From: an uncultured Muribaculaceae bacterium
GTDB lineage: Bacteria > Bacillota_I > Bacilli_A > RF39 > UBA660
NCBI GenBank assembly: GCA_964525365.1
Contig: CAZGGW010000001.1
Coordinates: 1 to 56,207, forward strand
Length of the DNA stretch: 56,207 bases
Direction of reading: 5' to 3'
The notes beneath the pieces were generated by a model, which did not search any database, had not been told where the DNA came from, and saw only the letters and a list, made by a program, of their open reading frames with translations. How positions within the stretch are numbered: the stretch's first letter is position 1; the number at the start of each line of letters is the position of its first letter. Below are positions 36,301 through 44,168 of this stretch, piece after piece. Position numbers and translations under genes: made by a program.

Positions 36301-36424
36301 AAATATTGATTTAATAAAATCTGAGTTGTTAGCAAGATTAGAAGAAGTAGAATATACAAATAAATATATGATTGAAGATGATTATAAACTAACGATTTAT
36401 ATGTCAAAAGTAAAAAATGTTTAA
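33311..36424 (+). CDS. ileS: Isoleucine--tRNA ligase, long type-2-like form
   Basis: ATG 33311 after GGAGGA; the track TTG 33299 lies in the terminator T-run. About 1037 aa. HIGH-region variant GPITANNKMGIHHAWGR, KMSKS variant KFSKSD, and a CP1 editing region. There is no C-terminal CxxC zinc-finger tail. Confidence 0.9.
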   Translation: MEKINVTYDFVSEEEKILDCWEKNNTFEKLLEKNKLGKKYRFIDGPITANNKMGIHHAWGRSMKDSILRYKAMNGYITHYRNGFDSQGLWVEVEVEKDLGFKTKKDIEEYGLDKFTLACKDRVKKYSGEITRQSKRLGQWMNWNNSYYTYTDENILGIWHFLKRCHEKGMIKESYKPMPWCARCGTSLSEHEMSGSYHDVEHQAVFFKLPVVGEDYKALVWTTTPWTLSANVALAVNAEFDYVVVKFPKDDDKLLMCESVFKRRFKGDGEILKRFKGADLEGKEFETCFPELECQSGVKHNIVLWDEVDSEEGSGIVHVAPGCGVSDFELGNTIGLDKIVPIDELGIMLPTTGIFAGKKAQELPELVFDELKKRNKLFLVHKIKHSYPYCWRCKEDILFRLVKEWAIDVDVVREDLIKNAKTVKYYPEYQGKRMLDWLNNMGDWNISRRRFYGLPLPFYHCECGHLEVIGSKEELREKAIEPNLVDQLPEFHRPWIDEIKIKCLECGKEISRVPQVGDVWLDAGIVPYSTLKYFSDREYWKEYFPAEYVLEGNEQIRLWFYSMLFMSTVLENCAPYESIGTTSMVVKEDGTKFSKSDKNSLTFDEVANEKGSDAIRYTYLSTKPVNDVRFGFGMLDDSKKKLMAFYNMAVFFNTYASIDNVDLTGYIPELEDLTISDKWLIKMTDDFVTLSKKSYDNYETKTVCDLFERICDEISNFYIRINRRRYWKSEDDTDKLNAYYVLFTSIKKIAGVMAPIIPFMTEYIWKYIVIPCDKESVSSVHLSNFPKPSNFKIEERLIDETTYVRNIITMALKLRNEANIKVRQPLSILYLKELDNKYFDEYTSIIKSELNVKNIEFVSDFSNLKDEYLTLNFRNAGATFKQDVNNVKNALLNVQNDKELINKIKNNESIKVGDYMLNSELVNIEFKQRDDIVITEENDITVGLNINITEELKSEGILRDIIRQCQVFRKESGFNVEDRIYIKFETNNKEIENIINLNIDLIKSELLARLEEVEYTNKYMIEDDYKLTIYMSKVKNV

Positions 36425-36436
36425 GTGAGGTAAAAA

Positions 36437-38662
36437 ATGATAGAACTTAAAAATGTTTCAAAATATTATTATAGTAAAGGTTTAGTTTCTTCTGGATTTA
36501 GTAAAATATCATTGAAATTTGATTTGGGTGAATTTGTTGCCATTACAGGTGAGTCTGGAAGCGGTAAATCTACCTTATTAAATGTCATTTCAGGACTTGA
36601 TTCTTATCAAGAAGGGGAAATGTATATAAATGGGGAAGAAACTTCACATTATACTGAAAAAGATTATGAAATCTATCGTAAAAAATATATTGGAAACATA
36701 TTTCAAAATTTTAATTTAGTTAATAGTTATACAGTTTATCAAAACGTAGAATTAGTTTTATTATTAAATGGTAAAAAGAGAAAAGACATAAAAACCAAAG
36801 TATTATCAATTATTAAGCAAGTAGATTTATATAAATATAGAAATACTTTGGTTTCTAAGTTATCTGGAGGTCAAAAACAGAGAGTAGCCATCGCACGAGC
36901 TTTAGCTCAAGATAGTCCAATCATATTAGCAGATGAACCTACTGGAAATTTAGATAAAAGATCAAGTGAAAGTATTTTAAAATTATTATATGAAATATCT
37001 AAAGAGAAATTAGTAATTGTTGTTACTCATAATTATGAACAAATTGAGTTATATGTTACAAGAAAAATAACAATGCATGATGGAAAAGTATTGGAAGATA
37101 AAAAGATAAAACCTAAAAAAGATATAGTAAAGAATTATGAAATGGCTTCTAGTGAAATAAGTTTATTAAATAAGATAAGATTAGGCGTTCGTAATGCTTT
37201 TAATATTTTACCTAAATTTTTATTAATTTTTGTTGTATATACTTTCGTTGTACTTGCGATATTTTTCACATTATCTACTTTTAAACAAAGCCAATATTAT
37301 GCCGATATATCTAGGTATAATATGTTTTTTAATGATACTAGTGATAAGAGGATAATTATTAAAAAAAATGATGGTTCATCATTTAATAATGATAATTATA
37401 ATTATATTAACACACTTTCAAATGTTGATTATGTTGTAAAAAATGATTTATTACTTGATAGTACTATTGGAATTTCTTCTGAATATATTTATTTTCATGG
37501 ATATGTTGATGATATAAGTAAGATTGATAGTGTTGATGTTGGGAGAATGCCTGAAAATGATAAAGAAATGGTAATTGAAGGAAGAAAGTCGGATTATTAT
37601 CTTTCTAATAATTTGGACGAAATTTTTGATATTACATTTTCACTAGATAACTCGCCTACTTATTTAAATAAAAATTATGATTTAAAGGTAGTAGGAATTA
37701 AATATAGTGAAGAAAAGAATAATTCTTATTATTATGGATATTCTAGATTTTATTTTTCAGAAAGTGTTTTAAAATATATAACATCTAATAATAATAAGCT
37801 ATATACTACTATAAAATATACGTTTAATAATGTTGAAGAATCTTCTTATTCTGGTTCTATTATGGGTGAAATATTGCCTAGTTCTAAAGTTCCAAAAGGA
37901 AAAGTAATAATCTCAGAAGATTATTCTTATAACTGTAAGGAATATAATTGTAAAAATTATTCTTTTACACTTGATGCAGAGAATTTATATTATAAAGAAA
38001 CATTAAATTTAAAAGTTTTATCAATGTATAATAAAAAGAATTTTAGTAGTTTAACAGGGTATAAATATAATGAATATAATGGTGCTATATTTATGAATGA
38101 AAATGAATATAATAATTTATTTGATAAAGAATATTATCAAAGTAGTGTGATCATAAAAGATGAAAGAAAGCACGAAGATACTATTAAATCTTTGGAAAGT
38201 CATGGATTTACTACTTTATATATGCCCGATGTACTTCAGTATGATTTACAAGAATTAATGAGTGTTTTAAAAATAGCGAAAGTTATATGTATTAGCGTAT
38301 TGGTTGTAGTCTTATTTTTCATATCATATTTTATTATCAAGTTGGTATTAAAATCTAGAAATATTTATTACTCTACATTAAGAATATTAGGTTCTTCTTT
38401 AAAATGTATTGAATCATTATTAAATATAGAATTGTTTACTATATCTCATTTATCATTTTTGATATTTACAATATTAATTATGTTAGTAAAAATAAATATC
38501 ATTAATATAGAATATATTAACAAATTATCAAGTTTTGTTGGAATTAATGACTATATATTTTTATATATTGTTTTAGTTATAATGACTTGGTTTATTGGAA
38601 AAAGATATTCTAGAAAACTATTTAAAGATACAGTAATGAACACTTATAAGGAAGAGGTATAA
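36437..38662 (+). CDS. ABC transporter, fused ATPase + FtsX-type permease (MacB architecture)
   Basis: GESGSGKSTLLNVISGLD, LSGGQKQRVAIARAL and ILADEPTGNLD, then TM1, an extracytoplasmic domain of about 330 aa, and three C-terminal TMs with an FtsX-like YSTLRILGSS. It starts 12 nt after the ileS stop. Confidence 0.85.
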   Translation: MIELKNVSKYYYSKGLVSSGFSKISLKFDLGEFVAITGESGSGKSTLLNVISGLDSYQEGEMYINGEETSHYTEKDYEIYRKKYIGNIFQNFNLVNSYTVYQNVELVLLLNGKKRKDIKTKVLSIIKQVDLYKYRNTLVSKLSGGQKQRVAIARALAQDSPIILADEPTGNLDKRSSESILKLLYEISKEKLVIVVTHNYEQIELYVTRKITMHDGKVLEDKKIKPKKDIVKNYEMASSEISLLNKIRLGVRNAFNILPKFLLIFVVYTFVVLAIFFTLSTFKQSQYYADISRYNMFFNDTSDKRIIIKKNDGSSFNNDNYNYINTLSNVDYVVKNDLLLDSTIGISSEYIYFHGYVDDISKIDSVDVGRMPENDKEMVIEGRKSDYYLSNNLDEIFDITFSLDNSPTYLNKNYDLKVVGIKYSEEKNNSYYYGYSRFYFSESVLKYITSNNNKLYTTIKYTFNNVEESSYSGSIMGEILPSSKVPKGKVIISEDYSYNCKEYNCKNYSFTLDAENLYYKETLNLKVLSMYNKKNFSSLTGYKYNEYNGAIFMNENEYNNLFDKEYYQSSVIIKDERKHEDTIKSLESHGFTTLYMPDVLQYDLQELMSVLKIAKVICISVLVVVLFFISYFIIKLVLKSRNIYYSTLRILGSSLKCIESLLNIELFTISHLSFLIFTILIMLVKINIINIEYINKLSSFVGINDYIFLYIVLVIMTWFIGKRYSRKLFKDTVMNTYKEEV

Positions 38663-38664
38663 AT

Positions 38665-41097
38665 ATGATAATATTAGAGCACGTAAATAAATATTTTAAT
38701 AAACATAAAAAAAATCAAATACATGTAATAAATGATACTTCAATAAAATTAGAAAATACTGGACTCGTTGCATTTCTAGGCTCTTCTGGAAGCGGTAAAA
38801 CAACATTATTAAATGCTATAGGTGGTTTGGATAAAATAAATAAAGGTAAAATAATCATTAATGGTAAAACTATAACTAAAAAGTCAACGTATAAGGTTGA
38901 TAAAATAAGAAATTTCAATATTGGATATATTTTTCAAGATTATAATTTATTGGATCAATTAACTGTTTTTGATAATGTTGCATTAGCTTTAAAAATAGTT
39001 GGTATTAAAGACTCGAATGAAATTAAAAAAAGAGTAAATTATGTGTTGGAAAAGGTAGGAATGTATAGATATAGAAATAGATATGCCAATATGCTATCTG
39101 GTGGAGAAAGACAAAGAGTTGGTATAGCAAGAGCAATAGTAAAAGATCCAAACATTATAATTGCCGATGAACCCACCGGAAATTTAGATAGTAAAAATTC
39201 TATTGAAATAATGAATATAATAAAAGCAATTTCTAAAGATAGACTTATCATACTAGTAACTCATGAAAGAACATTAGCTGAATTTTATGCTTCTAGAATA
39301 ATAGAAATAGAAGATGGCAAAATCACTAGTGACATAGATAACAAACACACTGATGCTTTAGATTATAGAATGGATAATAAATTATATTTAAAAGATTACA
39401 AAGTTCATAAAATAATAAAGGATTCAGATGTTTGTGTAAATATATATGGAAATGAAAAAGATAAATTTAATATAAACGTTGTTTATCAAAATGGTAATAT
39501 ATATATACAAACTACATCTAATAATAAATTAGAAGTTATAGATGAAAATTCAAATATTGAATTTATAGATGATCATTATAAAAAGATTTCATCTTCTATT
39601 TATGAAAAATATGACTTTGATTTTGATAAAGTGATAAATAAATCATATAAAAAGAAATACACCTCCATATTTAATCCTATTAGTTTATTAATAAATGGTT
39701 TTAGAAAGGTAAGAGACTATTCATTTTTAAAAAAATTATTATTAATTGGTTTTTTTGCATCCGCGATGTTTATTACATATTCTTTTGCGTCAGTATTTGG
39801 AATATTTAATGTAGATGATAATTCTTTTGTAAATGTCAACAAAAATTATTTAAATGTTTTGATTCAAAAAGTAAAAGTATCGGATTATTTAGAATATGAA
39901 CAAGATAAAAATATAGAATATGTTATACCAGGAAATAGTATAGTCAATTTCAATATAAATTATAAAGATTATTATCAAACATCTACATATAATGATATTA
40001 TAACCGGATCATTAACTAGTATTAATACGCTAAGTGAAAACGATATAGTATATGGTGTATATCCGAGTAATGACAATGAGGTTGTACTAGATATTTTTAC
40101 TCTTAATAATTATATAAGTAAGGGATTTACTTTACAACTAGGCCTTAAATATCCAAAAGATTTTATAGGAAGAACCATTTCAATTAAATATGTTGGTGAT
40201 TTTAATATAGTGGGACTTACGGATTTATCTAGTCCATCTATCTATGTTGCTGATAATAAACTAATCAATATAGTTGCTAATAGTACACTTGTTGATGATG
40301 AAATTGAATATAGGACAGATATAATGGAAGAAGAAACAGTAGATTATATTGATTATACTTTGGTAAAAGATTTAATTAAATTAAAAAAAGGCTCATGGCC
40401 AAAAAAAGATTATGAAGTAATAGTAAATTATAATTATAAGGATGAATATAAATTAAATAAGACTATTAATGTTAAAGTGAACGGAAAGAAATTAAAAGTA
40501 GTGGGCTATTACACTAGTAAAAGCAGTATGAATGCTTATTTAGTTTCGAATAATACAATAAAATATAATTTGATTGAAAATACTCCTAATATGGTAATGT
40601 ATTCTAAAAACAAAGAAACTGTTATAAATAAATATCAAAATTTAAATATACAAGATTCATATACATATAGTAAGAATGAATATTTATCTAATAAAAAACA
40701 AAGTATGAATTCCAACTTAATATTTAGCGTAATTATATTACTAATATCTTTAATAGAAATTTATTTAATGATTCGTTCTTCGTTTTTATCAAGGATTAAA
40801 GAAATTGGTATTTATAGAGCAATTGGCGTTAAAAGAAAAGATATTAAAAAAATGTTTATTGGAGAAATCTTTGCCATCACTTCTATAGCTAGTATGTTGG
40901 GCGTAATTTTTATGACATATATAATTAAGCAATTATTAAATATTTCTTATTTACAGAGTAAATATATGATGAATTATAAAATATTAATATTAGTTATAAT
41001 ATTTATATATACATTTAATATATTTGTTGGTCTTATCCCAGTCAGAAGGGTATTAAGGCAAACGCCAGCACGTATCTTAAGTAGAAATGATATTTAA
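38665..41097 (+). CDS. ABC transporter, fused ATPase + FtsX-type permease (MacB architecture), paralogue of the upstream gene
   Basis: GSSGSGKTTLLNAIGGLD, LSGGERQRVGIARAI and IIADEPTGNLD, a large extracytoplasmic domain, and the FtsX motif EIGIYRAIGVKRKDIKKMF. It starts 2 nt after the upstream stop. Confidence 0.85.
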   Translation: MIILEHVNKYFNKHKKNQIHVINDTSIKLENTGLVAFLGSSGSGKTTLLNAIGGLDKINKGKIIINGKTITKKSTYKVDKIRNFNIGYIFQDYNLLDQLTVFDNVALALKIVGIKDSNEIKKRVNYVLEKVGMYRYRNRYANMLSGGERQRVGIARAIVKDPNIIIADEPTGNLDSKNSIEIMNIIKAISKDRLIILVTHERTLAEFYASRIIEIEDGKITSDIDNKHTDALDYRMDNKLYLKDYKVHKIIKDSDVCVNIYGNEKDKFNINVVYQNGNIYIQTTSNNKLEVIDENSNIEFIDDHYKKISSSIYEKYDFDFDKVINKSYKKKYTSIFNPISLLINGFRKVRDYSFLKKLLLIGFFASAMFITYSFASVFGIFNVDDNSFVNVNKNYLNVLIQKVKVSDYLEYEQDKNIEYVIPGNSIVNFNINYKDYYQTSTYNDIITGSLTSINTLSENDIVYGVYPSNDNEVVLDIFTLNNYISKGFTLQLGLKYPKDFIGRTISIKYVGDFNIVGLTDLSSPSIYVADNKLINIVANSTLVDDEIEYRTDIMEEETVDYIDYTLVKDLIKLKKGSWPKKDYEVIVNYNYKDEYKLNKTINVKVNGKKLKVVGYYTSKSSMNAYLVSNNTIKYNLIENTPNMVMYSKNKETVINKYQNLNIQDSYTYSKNEYLSNKKQSMNSNLIFSVIILLISLIEIYLMIRSSFLSRIKEIGIYRAIGVKRKDIKKMFIGEIFAITSIASMLGVIFMTYIIKQLLNISYLQSKYMMNYKILILVIIFIYTFNIFVGLIPVRRVLRQTPARILSRNDI

Positions 41098-41167
41098 TTA
41101 AAATAAAGAGACATAAAAGTCTTTTTTATTTTATTTTAATTTTGTATAATGTTATTAGAAGGTAATT

Positions 41168-42922
41168 ATGAGCGAAGATTATATAAGAATTAAAGATAAG
41201 TATGGCGAGGAAATGGCTAAATTTTGTAGGAGTATGTTTTCTACACTTTTAGAAAGCGAAGGTTTTTTAAGCAATTTATTATTATCCACTTTTGAACCAA
41301 CTCATTTTCTTTATGAAGATATAATTAGTCAAAGAAAGGAATTAGAATTTAAAGATTATATTTTTAGTCTTGTAAATGAAGCGTTAGTACAAACCAAATC
41401 TACTGCGCTAACTCCCCAACAATTATTAGGAAAAACGGGATATGATTTGTATGAGTGTACCACGGAGAAAGAAATACAATATTTTAAAAAATATTATAGC
41501 CATAATGAAAAATTATGTACCTTTAATGGTGGAAGACTAAATCAGTGTAAAGTCTTTTTTGCGGTTAAAAAAAACGTAGATGAAATAAAAAGAGAAAATT
41601 TTACTCAACCTCAAAGACAAGACGAATATGGTACATCTGTTATAAGTATTCAATTTTATCATGGTTCAACAAACAATGTTTCTATAAAGAATAGATACAA
41701 TCACAAAGTGGATAATCCCGATTCAACGTTCAATAACAATTTAGATAATATAATACCAGGTCTTACTAAAAGTTTTGAAGAAAATTATGGATTAAAAATT
41801 TCTGATAAAGTAAAAAACAATTTTGAATTATATGGTTATATCCAGTTTGGAAACAGAAAATTTTATAAATATAATTATGAAATAAATAATATTTATTATT
41901 GTATTAATAATATAGTAATAGATAATGGAAAAATAAAAAAGTTTGATAAGAGAAATCATTTATTAGTAGATTACTTTGATATAAATTTTAAAGATAAGAA
42001 AATAACATTAATAGATAATACTATAGGAGATAGTTTTATAGATATATTTAAAGATATAAAAGTAATAAATGTTGAGAAGAAATCTGAAAATAAAACTATA
42101 ACTTTAGTACTTAACGATGACGAATCAATTATTATAAAATTAAACAAATATAATCAAATAATATATTATAAAAATGAAGAAATGACAAATGTTGAAGATA
42201 ATTTTTTGTATCATAATTCTGTGTTAGAAGAAATTTTGATTCCGAATGTCAAACAAATAGGAAATTCATTCTTACATTCTAATCTTAATTTAGAAAGTTT
42301 TTGTGCACCCAAGTTAAAATATATAGGAAATTGTTTTCTTTCCAATAATAAAAAACTAAAAGTCATAAATATTCCGGGTGTTAAAAAAATCGGAGATGAA
42401 TCTTTGAGTTCTAATGAGAAGTTAACAAGCATAGATTTGCCTGAAGTAGAAGAAATCGGGAAAGAGTTTTTATATGCTAATCAAATATTAACAAATGTTG
42501 AAATTCCCAAATTGAAAATAATGGGTACTGCTTGTTTTTTTTCCAATCTTGATTTATTAGAATTTGATGCTCCGTCTTTAGAAATAATTGGTAATCGTTG
42601 TTTAACTTCTAATAATTTATTGTCAAAAATTAATATCTCAAATGTAAGAAAAATTGGAAATAATTTTTTGAGTAATAATCAATTTTTATTAGAGTTTGAT
42701 GCACCTAATGTTAGGAAAATCGGAATTAATCTGTTGTATTATAATCAAAGATTAAGGGTGTTTAATGCTCCAAATTTGGAAAGTATAGGAAAATACGGAT
42801 TAATGTATAGTCAAGAATTAAAAAATATAAATGTTCCTAATTTAAAAGAAATTGGAGATAATTGTTCTTTGTACAATTGTAGTTTTGATTTAACAAACGT
42901 TCCTGAAATAAATAGTAAATAA
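41168..42922 (+). CDS. Leucine-rich-repeat protein (BspA/LRR_5 type) with an unassigned N-terminal domain of about 340 aa
   Basis: 584 aa. The C-terminal third is about 10-11 tandem 22-aa units (.P.(V/L)..IG..(F/C)L..N..L....). No N-terminal signal peptide or TM is visible (MSEDYIRIKDKYGEEMAKFCRSMF). Confidence 0.8.
   Translation: MSEDYIRIKDKYGEEMAKFCRSMFSTLLESEGFLSNLLLSTFEPTHFLYEDIISQRKELEFKDYIFSLVNEALVQTKSTALTPQQLLGKTGYDLYECTTEKEIQYFKKYYSHNEKLCTFNGGRLNQCKVFFAVKKNVDEIKRENFTQPQRQDEYGTSVISIQFYHGSTNNVSIKNRYNHKVDNPDSTFNNNLDNIIPGLTKSFEENYGLKISDKVKNNFELYGYIQFGNRKFYKYNYEINNIYYCINNIVIDNGKIKKFDKRNHLLVDYFDINFKDKKITLIDNTIGDSFIDIFKDIKVINVEKKSENKTITLVLNDDESIIIKLNKYNQIIYYKNEEMTNVEDNFLYHNSVLEEILIPNVKQIGNSFLHSNLNLESFCAPKLKYIGNCFLSNNKKLKVINIPGVKKIGDESLSSNEKLTSIDLPEVEEIGKEFLYANQILTNVEIPKLKIMGTACFFSNLDLLEFDAPSLEIIGNRCLTSNNLLSKINISNVRKIGNNFLSNNQFLLEFDAPNVRKIGINLLYYNQRLRVFNAPNLESIGKYGLMYSQELKNINVPNLKEIGDNCSLYNCSFDLTNVPEINSK
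42188..42870 (+). repeat. Tandem 66-nt (22-aa) LRR coding repeats
   Basis: IPNVKQIGNSFLHSNLNLESFCAPKLKYIGNCFLSNNKKLKVINIPGVKKIGDESLSSNEKLTSIDLPEVEEIGKEFLYANQILTNVEIPKLKIMG... Confidence 0.8.
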
Positions 42923-43113
42923 TAATAGTACTAAAATATAAGTTAAAACCTTTATATTTAGATATTATAGATTGGATATGGATTATGGATTATAAAATAA
43001 TAAAAGATAAATATGGAGATTTGAGTTTGAATAATGAAAGAGGTATGAAATGAAAAAAAGTTCATTAAAGTATGAGGATGAGTTAGTAAAGGTATTATGG
43101 ATAGGAGAAAATT

Positions 43114-43833
43114 ATGTGTAAAATAATTTGTATTGAAGGAACAGATTGCTCTGGAAAAGAAACTCAAAGTAATGAATTAATTAAAAGATTAGAGCAAGAT
43201 GGGTTAAAAGTTAAAAAGTATTCGTTTCCGATTTATGAACTTCCAAGTGGAAGAATAGTAGGGGATAACTATTTAGGTAAAAGTGGCAAATCTTATTTTG
43301 AAGAAGGAGCTCCTAACGTAGATCCAATTATATCTTCTTTATATTTCGCAGCTAATAGGCGAGAAGCTTTTTTGAAGATAATAGAAAATGATTTAAATAA
43401 ATACGATATTATCATATTGGATAGATATACAACTTCAAATTTGGGTCATCAAGGTGGAAAAGGTAAAACAAAACTACTCAGAGAAAAAATATGTGATACT
43501 ATAATTAAGTTAGAATTTGATTTGTGTGAATTACCCAACCCTGATGCGGTTATATTTTTACATATGCCCTATGAAGCAACGATTGAGCTTAAAAAAAACA
43601 GAGAAATTCTTGATGATAATGAAAAGTCTCCAAAGCATTTAAAAGATGCCGAAAGAAGTTATTTGGAAATATGTAAAAAGTATAATTGGGACTATATTAG
43701 TTGTATTAAAGGAAGAAAATATACAAATATTGAAGATATAAAAACTATAAAAGAAATTAATGATGAAGTATATGATGTGATTAGAAATTTGAAATTCAAA
43801 AAATCATCTTATAAAAAGATGACAAAATATTAG
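43114..43833 (+). CDS. tmk: Thymidylate kinase family protein, eukaryote-like (type I) sequence pattern
   Basis: P-loop IEGTDCSGKETQ, then FPIYELPSGRIVGDNYL, LYFAANRREAF and ILDRYTTSNLGHQGGK. These parallel human/yeast-type TMPK blocks (RFPERST..G..., LLFSANRWE, VDRYAFSGVAF). ATG 43114 after AGGAGA. Confidence 0.65.
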   Translation: MCKIICIEGTDCSGKETQSNELIKRLEQDGLKVKKYSFPIYELPSGRIVGDNYLGKSGKSYFEEGAPNVDPIISSLYFAANRREAFLKIIENDLNKYDIIILDRYTTSNLGHQGGKGKTKLLREKICDTIIKLEFDLCELPNPDAVIFLHMPYEATIELKKNREILDDNEKSPKHLKDAERSYLEICKKYNWDYISCIKGRKYTNIEDIKTIKEINDEVYDVIRNLKFKKSSYKKMTKY

Positions 43834-43837
43834 AAAA

Positions 43838-43860
43838 AAAGGAAGTTAGTAGCTTCCTTT
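43838..43860. terminator. Bidirectional hairpin between convergent tmk-like and YjcZ-like genes
   Basis: AAAGGAAG / CTTCCTTT (8-bp stem) with a 7-nt loop, flanked by an A-run and a T-run. Confidence 0.6.
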
Positions 43861-44047
43861 AATTATTGCATGGAATTGGTCCGGGTCCAGGATATCCATT
43901 GTTAAGAAATCCTGCTCCAAACACAACAACTAGTAATATAAATAAAACTAGTATAATTGCTGCTCCATAACCATATCCTCCGCCATATGTAGGGTATCCA
44001 TAATTTGGAGTAGCATTATATCCACCATTGTATCCGTAATAATACAT
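43859..44047 (-). CDS. YjcZ-like Gly/Tyr-rich small membrane protein
   Basis: MYYYGYNGGYNATPNYGYPTYGGGYGYGAAIILVLFILLVVVFGAGF. The G/Y-rich ends and the IILVLFILLVVV core resemble the YjcZ sporulation-protein family. RBS AGGAGG upstream. Confidence 0.6.
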   Translation of the reverse strand: MYYYGYNGGYNATPNYGYPTYGGGYGYGAAIILVLFILLVVVFGAGFLNNGYPGPGPIPCNN

Positions 44048-44168
44048 AAAATTACCTCCTTTAACTTCCTATAGTAGTTTACGTAATTGGGCTCTATTTT
44101 GACAATTAAAATGTCTAAATTAATGAAATAAGTTTAATTATATCTGTCAATATGTTAAAATTTATAGT

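Noticed and set aside
42958-43167. 69-aa minus-strand ORF between the LRR gene and tmk
   Set aside because: No RBS. It overlaps the tmk start and RBS. Its composition is typical of a random ORF in AT-rich intergenic DNA.
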